Shown here: one piece after another, positions 22,533-32,267 of the stretch | Layout of the letters: every line of letters begins with the position of its first letter | Position numbering within the stretch: the first letter of the stretch is position 1 | Origin: Octopus bimaculoides | Taxonomy: Eukaryota | DNA: 34,942 nucleotides | NCBI RefSeq assembly: GCF_001194135.2 | Contig: NC_069008.1 | Span: 7,923,742-7,958,683 of the forward strand | Direction: 5' to 3' | Notes under the pieces: model-generated | The model's database searches: none | The model's input: the letters and a program-made list of their open reading frames with translations, nothing else | What the model was told of the DNA's origin: nothing | Program-made: the position numbers and the translations under genes

Positions 22533-22745
22533 CCTTTTAGTAATCAAATTACTCTGACAAATTTAATATTAATTCACATTGTTTTGAATTAATCATGCAT
22601 TAACTCATAGCTTGCAGGTTTCAATGATGTGACTGCTTATTTTTAGAATGACATTGTACAGTAGGTGTAAGAGGCCAGATCTGACTAGTTTGAACATAAA
22701 ACAGGTAGAATATTTGGGCTGGATATGACCAAAGATTTAAATTTG
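22533..22745. mobile_element. piggyBac-type MITE, degenerate inverted copy of 7510-7727
   Basis: TTAA|CCTTTTAG start; GGCCAGATC, GTTTGAACATAAAACAGGTAGAATATTT and TTTTTAGAAT match the reverse complement of 7510-7727. Confidence 0.65.
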
Positions 22746-23189
22746 AGAGTACGATATAGTCAATTATATCAACAGCAGAACTTACAGTCTACCTTGGCAA
22801 TGCATGATGGTGACTTCATTACCATGGCTGATGACTGAAATACATATGTTGGATTGACAGAACTGTTTGAATGTCTGATAAAATGTTTTATGGGATTAGT
22901 TGCCACTCTTTATATACTGAGTTCAGATCTTGCTACAGTCAGCTTAGCCTTTTATTCTTTTGGGTCAAGTTCTGCAGTTGGACATCAGAACAATGGAATT
23001 GAGGCACTGAATAAAGGGGAGAAGATTTAACTTCCAATCGATTTGCTTAACAGCAAGAAAGGGTTGCATGAATGTGTGTGTCAAACAGACAACAAACCAA
23101 AAACTAACATTTTTTCTTAAGGATAGCTTTTATTACATTTATGAATTTGTTTTGAAAGATTCCTGATGTGAAACCATGTGTTGAAACAG

Positions 23190-23535
23190 ATATTGTTAGA
23201 TTTCAGGATGGTCATTTCTTTTTTTTCTTTTTTTGCCAAATAAACACACACACTATATATTTGTTCTTCACTCATTTATTATGGTCGATTTTCTGGAAAT
23301 CTTTCGTCACACATCTGTGACCACTTCAGCGACAGAATGGATTAAACAGAACAGGATGAAACGTGGATGGAAGAGTCATTGAAGAGGTCATGGACGTGTG
23401 ACGAAAGATTTCCAGACAATGGACATAAAATAAAATAATAGTAATAAACAAGTGAAGAATGAATATACTGTGGGTGTGTTTATTTGGGAAGTAAAAAAAA
23501 AAAAAAAAGATGACTATCCCAAAATATAACAATAT
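23190..23535. repeat. Fold-back inverted repeat, arms about 140-155 bp, spacer about 50 bp
   Basis: Arm 23190-23328 is the reverse complement of 23380-23535 (for example CTGGAAATCTTTCGTCACAC / GTGTGACGAAAGATTTCCAG and CCAAATAAACACAC / GTGTGTTTATTTGG). Confidence 0.85.
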
Positions 23536-23709
23536 GATTATTATTTTCACTATAGATAATTACAAGAATTATTAAAATGATACTATAACTCTCTTATGGA
23601 GATTATAAAAATGAAGCCACTAGGAAAAGACACATTGGAATATAAATTCATTTGAGCTTTCGGCATTGTTCATGTCAAACAAATGTACAAATTGAGGAGG
23701 AAAGAAAAG

Positions 23710-23744
<35 letters not shown>

Positions 23745-24218
23745 GTGCACTTTTCTATCCAGAACTAATTGAAGCATCACTTTCTTTGTAGCGATCTAAA
23801 ACATTGTCATCATCATCATCTAACTCATCTGATGACAGATAGTCAGAAAAAACTTCATCCTATAAATTATGCATTTGTGACTTGATTTCTTCTATTGATA
23901 AGTGTTAATTACATTTAGGCATATTTCAATGAAGTATACCCTTGTGTATATCAGATAAAATATATCCACATGAAATAGTTGAAATATCAATTGATGAAGC
24001 CTGCTCTTCACTAATGAAACATCCATTGATGATGTCCACTGTTTAAAGGCTTAAACTATTGAACTAATGGTAACTAGACATACCTGTCAGGTAAAGTGAG
24101 AGAGGGACAGGCAGGTGAAAGAGGGAGGCCATGCAGGTGAGTTTTAGCAATGAAAAATAGAAGAATTTTCCAACTTCCCAATTTTCATCATCTGCACACA
24201 TACATACACACAGATATA

Positions 24219-24395
24219 CAGGGTGTCCACAAAGTCTGGGTACACATATACACATACAGGGCGTACACAAAGTCTGGATACACACATATATATATATATA
24301 TATATATACATATACAAGGTGTCCACATATATACATATACAAGGTGTCCACCCTGTATATGTATATATGTGTACCCAGACTTTGTGGACACCCTG
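24219..24395. mobile_element. Tc1/mariner-type MITE, 177 bp
   Basis: TA|CAGGGTGTCCACAAAGTCTGGGTACACATATA...TATATGTGTACCCAGACTTTGTGGACACCCTG|TA: perfect 32-bp TIR, TA TSD. Confidence 0.88.
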
Positions 24396-24737
24396 TATAT
24401 TAAGCATGACTGTATGTGTGAGATGTCTACTTCATAACCCTGTGATTGTGATTTCAATCCCATTACACAGCAACTTTGTAGACCAATACCTTGGGAGTGG
24501 AATTTAATAGATGGTGGGTGGGTGGGTGTGCGTATGTAAATGCTTGTATTTTATGAAAGGACTACTTTGAGATAGTCATGCATTAAGTTAAATATTCCCT
24601 TCTCATCAGAAATGCTGTATATATAAACAATAATACTTCACTTTATGAGGACCTGCTTTACGAGACCCTGGGTTTACAAGTTTTATTTTATAATAAATAT
24701 AAAAAGGTTAAATAGCCATTTTGTGTGTGTGTGACAA

Positions 24738-25191
24738 TGTTGCAACATGTGGCAACACTGGTTTTGACACATCTACACAGTGACAGATTAAATGATAGTG
24801 TAGCGAGGCACAAAGAAGCCAGTGCCATTTTGAAACAGCGAGATCTCGCCTGCAACCATTGCCATACACAAGACAAAAATGAGATCTCGCCCGCAACCAT
24901 TATTTAAGGAAAAGACAACAACATTTTCCCTCTCATTCTTCTCACACTGACGCCAAGCAAGACTTCGAAGCCAGGAGCTCACAGCGGACTTTGTCCCGCT
25001 GTGAAACCACATGCATTGTCTCCAGAGGCTATTGAACCTCATGTGTATGGGAGAGAAGGCTAACTACGCACCTCTGTGAAGATGGTTACTGAAAGCAAAC
25101 CCCTTGCATGAAGCACCTGTGAATAAACGGTTATTGAATTTACTCCGCCTGAGAACTACATTCTTCGTATTTCCAGTGCCTTGAATCAACA
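24738..25191 (+). mobile_element. Probable solo LTR (TGTT...AACA, BEL/Gypsy-like), 454 bp
   Basis: Termini TGTTG/CAACA; 21-bp direct repeat GAGATCTCGCCYGCAACCATT (24840, 24881); TATA-like TATTTAA at 24901; AATAAA at 25122; flanks GACAA/GAATA match only 3 of 5 as a TSD. Confidence 0.6.
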
Positions 25192-25364
25192 GAATAATTA
25201 TAATGGAAGAAGATACCCCAAAAGTATCATAAAAACCTGCCTTCCATTATAACAGCATAAAAATTTCTTTGCTACTATGAGAAATTATTGCTCTGCTTTA
25301 TGAGCCTTTGCTTTACGAATGATCTCTGGGAACAAATTAACTCGTATATTGAGGCATTACTGTA

Positions 25365-25366
25365 TA

Positions 25367-25450
<84 letters not shown>
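25365..25450. repeat. (TG)n(TA)n microsatellite
   Basis: Directly visible. Confidence 0.95.
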
Positions 25451-25451
<1 letters not shown>

Positions 25452-25924
25452 AATATATGAGTATATGCATATATATGTACATGTATGTACATACCTTCAT
25501 CTACATGTACATATAGATACATATCTGGGTACATGACATTGCAAAAGAACATGGACAAAATGATAAACAAGGTACAGAAAACACACAGGCCACATAGAGA
25601 ACATATCCTTCATCAGCTGCCACCACTAAAACACAGATAGATAGATAGATAGATAGATAGATATAAACCAGTGATTGGCCTATTGAAAACTTGCAACCAA
25701 TGACAACTATCATTCAGCAATTTTGATTTATTTATTTGTTCATTTAGATCTCATTTCCTCCATGTGATTGTCAAGCAAACTTCTTAATCTCACAGCCATA
25801 CCTGTGCCTATAGGCATAAAACACACAAGTGCAGACATGACAATCACAGCCCCTCATCCACATACATATCAACACAGCCATAGTACCACACACTCACAAT
25901 GACACACATACAAGTCAGCAAGGG

Positions 25925-26070
25925 AGTGTCTATGCGATCGTTTACTAGAAATAGCAAACAAATCTCTTTGAAATCACACCAGGCAATCACACAATGTGGC
26001 CCTGTGTTCCATGAACCCAGCTTGATCATAACTCTGCTTGCAAAGGACTGGCCTGGGGCTACACAACATC
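25925..26070 (+). mobile_element. Interspersed repeat family D fragment (others at about 8090-8165, 9500-9585, 28960-29105 minus, 30135-30180, 30725-30800)
   Basis: Shared core GAAATAGCA(G)CCAAATCT...CAAATCACACC. Confidence 0.55.
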
Positions 26071-26384
26071 TCCCCTCCTCCTGCACACACATTGGATAAA
26101 TATTCTTTCACATACACACACCAGTAAACATACTGATACATGTTCACACATACATATGCTGTAAAACACTGATGAGCTCACACACACACACACACACACA
26201 CACATGCACGCACACATTCATACTGTCAAATACACAAATTCTAAAACATAAATGTACGAACATACACCCACAAACACACATCATTTAGAGAAATTTATAT
26301 ATGAGAAAGGGGTGAGATAAAGTGACAGAGAGAGAGAAGAACAATAGGAAAATGATAGACTGAAAAGTCAAAGTACAGTATATA

Positions 26385-26416
26385 CAGTGTGTATATAGAT
26401 ATGTGTGTGTATGTGC

Positions 26417-26450
<34 letters not shown>

Positions 26451-26615
26451 ATACATATATATATATATGTATGCATACATATATGTGTGTGTATGCATAC
26501 ATATGTGTATGTATGAATATATATATGTATGTGTACATATATATATATGTATGTATATATATATATATATACATATATATCTGTATGAGTATATATATGT
26601 GTATATATGTATGTA

Positions 26616-26651
<36 letters not shown>

Positions 26652-26700
26652 CATACACACACGTATGTTCATGTTATCTGTGAGAGAGAGAGAGAGAGAG
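26385..26700. repeat. Compound (TA)n/(TG)n/(GA)n microsatellite
   Basis: Directly visible; it generates several spurious ORFs in the track. Confidence 0.95.
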
Positions 26701-27097
26701 ATTGAGTGATATGTATATAATTTCTCTTTTATCAAATTCCTTGGTACTTTATATGAAATGAAAGGAAAACCAATTTTCAAAAGGAAAAAAAAATATTTAT
26801 TACCCTCAACAAAATTAAATAAACAAATTTTTCATTTGTACATTTGCAGTAAACATGTTATTATTTTGCTAAAATTTATCAACATAATTGCAATCTACTC
26901 CATTGAAAACCTATCTCGGTAAAATTTGATGTAACAATACGTATTTATCAGAAAGTTATAAGACGTTCCTCTAATGTTAACTGTCTCTCTATCTCTCTTT
27001 AACTCTCTCTACATGATGTAAAGCATGACTGGGGAAATCAACCAACCAACATTTGTATCACCTATTATTATTATTATTATTATTATTGCTATTATGT

Positions 27098-27300
27098 AAG
27101 GTGGTGAGCTGGCAGAACCATGAGCACAGCGGGCAAAAATGCTGAGTGGCATTTTATTTATTGCTATGTTCTGAGATCGAAATTTCATTTTTTGGGGGTC
27201 GATAAAATAAATACCACTTTGTGTACTGGCATTGATGTGATCGACTTCCCCTCCCCCAAATTTCTGGCCTTGTGCCTATAGTAGAAAGGATTATTATCAT
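27098..27300 (+). mobile_element. SINE family E
   Basis: AAGGTGGTGAGCTGGCAGAA...GGGGTCGATAAAATAAATACC...GTAGAAAGGATTATT. Confidence 0.87.
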
Positions 27301-27302
27301 TA

Positions 27303-27535
27303 TATCTTTATTGCCAACAGGGGGCTAAACATAGAGGGGACAAACAAAGACAGACAAAGGGATTAAGTCGATTACATTGACCCCAGTGCATAACTGGTAC
27401 TTATTTAATTGATCCATGTAAGGATGAAAGGCAAAGTTAACCTCAGTGGAATTCGAACTCAGAATGTAACGGCAGATGAAATACCGCTAAGCATTTTGCC
27501 CAGCATGCTAATGATTCTCCCAGCTTGCCACCCTT
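27303..27535 (-). mobile_element. SINE family E variant with a different 3' tail, tail-to-tail with the preceding copy
   Basis: Head and core are the reverse complement of family E; tail reads TTTGTCTGTCTTTGTTTGTCCCCTCTATGTTTAGCCCCCTGTTGGCAATAAAG on the minus strand. Confidence 0.85.
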
Positions 27536-27997
27536 CTAAGACATACATATATGGACATAAGCACACACAAACATTTAGACAAATTTATATATGAGAAAGG
27601 GGTGAGATGAGTAGAAAAGAGTCATGTGAAAGTAGAAGTGAGAGAGAAACAGAACAATTTTTATTATTGTTATTATTATCATCTACTATATANNNNNNNN
27701 NNNNNNNNNNNNNNNNNNNNNNNNNNNNNNNNNNNNNNNNNNNNNNNNNNNNNNNNNNNNNNNNNNNNNNNNNNNNNNNNNNNNNNNNNNNNNNNNNNNN
27801 NNNNNNNNNNNNNNNATATATATATTATAAGGCAGGAAGCTAGCTGTATCATTAACATGCTAGATAAAATGCAGTGGCATTTCATCTGCCATTATGTGCT
27901 GAGTTCAATTCTGATGATGGTGGTGATGATGTGGTAGTAGTAGTAGTAGTAGTAGTAGTAGGTGTGTGTGTGTGTGTGTGTGTTGTTCTCCAGTTAG

Positions 27998-28190
27998 CCT
28001 GCAGCATAGAAGCAATCAACTACAGATCCAACCTCCCAATGGTAGTATGTCTCCACATAGTTAAGGACCATATTGCACCTGACATGCAATCACAAATAGC
28101 ACAGGGCAGTGTAACAGTCAGAGTACACTGCACTCTCTCCACTGTCCACTGCATTTCTTGTGCACTTGTTAGACATTGCACACTGAAATG
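27998..28190 (-). pseudogene. RTE-like LINE fragment (Cys/His-rich segment after RT)
   Basis: Frame-broken C..C...VHKKCSG ... C.C.SGAI ... VVDCFY.G, resembling the WVHKxCSG and LExVDxFxYLG motifs I recall from RTE ORFs. Confidence 0.5.
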
Positions 28191-28548
28191 AAATTGTAGT
28201 CGTGGCCGATGCCAGTGTTGTGTAACTTGCACCTATGCCACATAAAAAGCACCTTTTGAAATTTGGGACTCAGAGGCAGTGACAAAAGACTGAGACCTTT
28301 GGCGCTATACCGTGCTTCAGAAGACCTGTCAAGGTAAGTGAGATCGTAGTTGGGGTTGATGCTGGTGATGCGTAAAAAGCATCCACTACACTCTTGGAGT
28401 GGGTGGCTTTAGGAAGGGTATCCAGCTGTAGAAATGATGCCAAATCAGATTGGAACCTGGTGCAGCTCTTTAGCTAACCAGTTTCAGTGAAACCATCCAA
28501 CCCATACCAGCATGGAAAACAGATGTTAAATGATGATGATTATGATGA
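28190..28548 (+). mobile_element. SINE family C with internal duplication
   Basis: GTAGT...GATGC...TAAAAAGCA occurs twice (about 28197-28251 and 28346-28381) before the standard body and (TGA)n tail. Confidence 0.8.
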
Positions 28549-29281
28549 GGTAAGTAAGTAAAATCCCTGGCTGGTGACTGGAGTGGGAGGCTGTCCTCTC
28601 AACCAATAAACTGCTGTGGGTGCCACTGGATGATGGACTCTGGTGATGATTTTATTCTTCACTTTCCAATCCATAGTGCTAGTCTTAATGTGCTTGAGGT
28701 CGAGGTGCTGAACACACCAAGTTGCAGCTGGAGGTGGTGGTGTCACAGCATGTGGCATCCAAGATGAAGGGCCAATCGATACAGAATGAGAAAATTGTCA
28801 TACTGTCAGGCCTTGGTCTAACCCTGCTGGCTCAAGCTGGGAAGAGAAGCCTGCAACGTCAAGGCCAGTGGTTCTCAACCGGGGTCCATATAACCATTAG
28901 GGGTCCCATATAAGTTAATGTTGATTATGGATGTATCTTTTTTCTTTTCTCCAAAGATGGTTAAGTATGATTTGAAGGAGATTTAGCTGTTATTTCTTGC
29001 TGGTTGAGTGATCACAGTGATGCCTGCCAGGGGTGGTGTTTAGTTCCAGGTCAACCAAACAAGCAGACTTGTAATCAATAAGACTTCCTACCATGACCAT
29101 ATCATATTACATCAGACATAATAGACAGGAGTAAATTATCCAACATGTGTCCTTCCTGTTTTTTGCTTTCTTTTTAAATTGGTAGAGTGAGATTGGAGAA
29201 GCAACAGCCAATTCTCCCTGAAATCTCATGTAAAAAGGATGGACCTTAAGTCATTAGATATTATATAATATAGTGCAAGAT

Positions 29282-29465
29282 CAACCATGAGCAAACTGCA
29301 GCCCATGGGCCGCATGTTGCCTGAAGGCCACATGTAGCTTGTACGAATTTGTGAATGGCATGCCTAACGAAAACATTACCTCGAATGTTTTTAGTAGTGT
29401 AGCCAACCTGATGATAAGCCATGTCTTATGTGGCCCACTTCTCAAAAAAAGGTTGACCATGGCTG
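29282..29465. mobile_element. hAT MITE (GGCCCGCGGGCC subterminal type)
   Basis: Imperfect TIR CAACCATGAGCAAACT / AGGTTGACCATGGCTG; subterminal GCCCATGGGCCGC and GTGGCCC; TSD TGCAAGAT/TCCTAGAT (6 of 8). Confidence 0.65.
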
Positions 29466-29539
29466 TCCTAGATATACAGGGTGATACAAAAGTCCCTTTA
29501 ATATTTAACTCTTTTATTTATTTACTTATTTATTTTTTG

Positions 29540-29760
29540 AAGGCAACGGGCTGGCAGAAACATTACTATGCCAGGCAAAATGTTTAGAAGTCTTTCATCC
29601 ATCTTTATGTTCTGAGTTCAAATTCTGCCAAAGTCAACTTTGGCATTCATCCTTTCAGGGGGTCGATCACATAAGTACCAGTTGAGCACTGGAGTCAATG
29701 TAATCAAATAGCCCCCTCCCTCAAAATGGCTGGCCTTGTACCAAAATATGAAACTGATAT
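29540..29760 (+). mobile_element. SINE family E
   Basis: AAGGCAACGGGCTGGCAGAA...GAGTTCAAATTC...AAGTACCAGTTGAGCACTGG...GGCCTTGTACCAAAA. Confidence 0.87.
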
Positions 29761-30202
29761 TAATTCTTTTGATACCATTTTGTTTGAGACTTACTGTCCT
29801 TGGTCCAATGATACAACTTTCATATCTTAAAGTGATCTAAATTAAAACATTTCATCAAAATTCCATGTTTATTTTATATTCTAAACATCAGCTTAAAGTA
29901 GAGAGTTAGTTTACAAAATTCTTTTACTGTTATTTCTAGCAGATTAAATTACCACATACCAATTGCTATCGTCATTAGTGGTGGTGGTGGTTGTGGCTGT
30001 TGCAGTGTTGGTGGCTGTTGTGGTGTTAGTTAGTGGTTGTTGCGGCAGTGGCTGTTGTGGTGATGGTGTTGGTGGTTGTGGCGGTGGTTAGCTCGACTGG
30101 CGACAAAGAGTCAAATCTTTTTAAATGACACTCTGGAGTTGTTAGAAATAGCAGCTAAATCACTCTCAAATCATAACCTATTGTTACATATAATTATGCA
30201 TG

Positions 30203-30720
30203 TTAAACAAAATATTAGAGACCAGGGCAGATTCAATACTAAGAGGTAATATTTATTCCCACCAGATCATGTGTGTTTGACCTTTCAATCTGGTGGTCAT
30301 AACACTGGAGGTGGTTGGGGTTTATCTCTCTGTTAGCGATATAAACAAGAGTGTATTTCACACCAAAAGCCAAGCAGTTGTATAAATATTACCTCCCGGA
30401 ATTAATACTTTTGAACAAGCTCACTGGTGAATCATGACACTAGCGCTTGTTTTGGCACTGTTGCTCTATCTATCGCTGGTAGGGAGGTGAGTCGCTGCTA
30501 TTTCTAGCAGTTGAGGGTCCATCACTGATGAGACCAGGGATGGTTGAAATCCCATGATCTGGTGGTCCCAGGCTGGAGATGGAGAGGATTTATTTCCCTG
30601 CTCGCGATATAAACAAGACTGCATTTTGCATGAGAAGCCAATGTGTGAGTTTCTCTCATGGTATCTACCACAGTATAGTTTGTTCCAACAGAACTTCCAT
30701 GTTTAAGTGGAGATAAATAT
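30203..30720 (+). mobile_element. Non-coding hammerhead-bearing tandem element (non-LTR retrozyme-like) with inverted 5' segment
   Basis: Direct repeat ATCTGGTGGTC...GCGATATAAACAAGA at 30288 and 30557 (period 269 nt); full HHR at 30515-30569; no ORF; inverted segment at 30203-30270. Confidence 0.75.
30515..30569 (+). ncRNA. Type I hammerhead ribozyme, apparently intact
   Basis: GGGTCCATCA-CTGATGA-GACCA-GGGA-TGGTT-GAAA-TC-CCAT-GA-TC^-TGGTGGTCCC: all core nucleotides, stem II 5 bp with GNRA loop, closed stem III, AUC triplet (cut after 30559), stem I 6 bp + U.U + 3 bp. Confidence 0.88.
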
Positions 30721-30949
30721 GTACGCCTATTTGTATGAGCCAACAAGGGACCCTGGTGGAAACAGCAGTCAAATTACCCTCAAATCACACCCAGAAACTG
30801 TAGTTGCAGTTGTAAGATATTCAGCTGCAGTACTTCAGGTCAAATCCAATCAAGCAGATCCAAGACAATCAAGCTATGCCACTCCAGTTGAATTTTTTTA
30901 AACATCCATATACAGATAAATAAATAAAGATACAGATAAACAGATAGAC

Positions 30950-31325
30950 ATGTGGTGACCATGTGGTAAAAACTTGCTTCTGAACCACATGGTTTTAGGT
31001 TCATTTCTACTCCTTGGAACTTTGGATAATTGTCTTCTACTACACCTGTGAGCCAACCAAAATCTTGTGAGTAGATTTGGTAGATGGAAAGAAAGAACCT
31101 GGCCATGCGTGTATGTGCAGGTGTCTGAGCCTCCACAGCTAGACAACCAGTATTGGTTTCTTTACATCCCTTATAACATAAGCAATTCGACAAAAGAAAC
31201 CGACAGAATAAGTACCATACTTAAAAAAAAAAAAAGGAGGGTGAATGGGTTCATTTGTAAAACAAAAATCTCTCAAATCAGTGCCCCAGACTAGCTGCAA
31301 TCCAACAACTGAAACAAGATAAAAA
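30950..31325 (+). mobile_element. SINE family A, degenerate
   Basis: Head AACCACATGG..., TTGTCTTCTACTA, GTGAGTAGATTTGGTAGATGGAAA, tail GAATAAGTACC...GAAACAAG. Confidence 0.8.
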
Positions 31326-31336
31326 GATACTGACAG

Positions 31337-31491
31337 AGATTTGATTGCTATTTCTAGCATGTCGAGCAAGCAAATACAGGCTTCCTTGTCAACTGAAAAA
31401 CTGGGCTGTTCTTGCTCAACTGCTATTTTTAGCAGGTTGAGCAAGCAGATACAGGCTTCCTTGTTAACTGTTGAAGAACTGGACTGTTCTT
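31337..31491. repeat. 78-bp tandem repeat, left remnant (about 2 diverged units)
   Basis: GCTATTTCTAGCA...CAAGCAGATACAGGCTTCCTTGTTAACTG..GAAGAACTGGACTGTTCTT matches the unit at 33295-34015. Confidence 0.85.
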
Positions 31492-31538
31492 TATTTACAT
31501 TATTTACATTTGACGGATAGTTGTCCTTGTTTGTTGTT

Positions 31539-31584
31539 AACACAACGTTTCGGCTGATATACCCTCCAGCCTTCTTCAGGTGTC
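31539..31584 (-). ncRNA. Minimal type I hammerhead ribozyme in the PLE terminal repeat
   Basis: GACAC-CTGAAGA-A-GGCTG-GAGGGTATAT-CAGCC-GAAA-C-GTT^-GTGTT: intact core, 5-bp stems I and II, palindromic AACGTT stem III, GUU triplet. Confidence 0.85.
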
Positions 31585-31722
31585 TTAGGGAAATTTCAAA
31601 CCTGGATTCTCATTCCTAAGGTATTTTTTGATGTTATTATTATTATTACTATTGTTCAGGTCACCGCGCTCTTAACCACTACGCCATATGCCCGTGGGCA
31701 ATTATGGAGTGAATTTTAGGGC

Positions 31723-32262
31723 TTATAAATCTAATATTTTCCTATCCTTCCTTAATACTGGTTCCCATATGCTGCTCATATCTGTACTCTGTCTGCTTAG
31801 GAGGTTGTTGTATCCTAGCATATGTGCTGCTTATTCAGTTTTCCAGTGGTGATCTCTGTCTATTATTTTAACTTCATCCTACAGGGGGAGGTGGTCTCCA
31901 TTTTTCCATACATGATCAGCTATACTCGATTTATCAACATCGAGTGTCACAGCTTTGCGATGTTCGTCTACACTCATTTTGAGGGGGCGGCATGTTTTGC
32001 CTTTGTATAACCTACCACAGCTGCATGGGATGGAGTACACACAGTCTTTGGTCATATTCTCTTCTGTTGGTGGTTTTATTTGAAGGAGATACTTGTGAAG
32101 TGTTGTATTACTCTTGAATACTGCCCTGATGTCATATGGGCCGCATATCTTTTGTATCTTTTCGGAGAGGCCTTTCACACAGGGTAGACAGATTGTGGAC
32201 AGTTTATTGGCCTCATTCTCTCTCTTCTTCATAATTTCATAATCTTCTTCCTCTCTCTTCTT
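31723..32262 (-). pseudogene. PLE GIY-YIG endonuclease remnant (inverted arm)
   Basis: ...CVYSIPCSCGRLYKGKTCRPLKMSVDEHRK...SSIADHVWKNGDHLPL*DEVKIID...; TGG->TAG stop and a small deletion. Confidence 0.9.
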
Positions 32263-32267
32263 CAAAA

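Noticed and set aside
24974-25020. Hairpin followed by GAAAC...GTC in the LTR as a hammerhead
   Set aside because: No CUGANGA before the stem
25445-25625. Minus-strand CTGATGAAGG in a probable repeat fragment
   Set aside because: No stem II partner or GAAA found in the visible sequence
24025-26780. Many ORFs rich in Y/I/C/V/H/T (also at 15-16 kb, 20.8 kb and 25.3 kb)
   Set aside because: Translations of (TA)n/(TG)n microsatellites
31139-31543. 134-aa ORF with repeated KEACICLL
   Set aside because: Chance open frame through two satellite units and a SINE; the homogeneous array has a TAG in that frame
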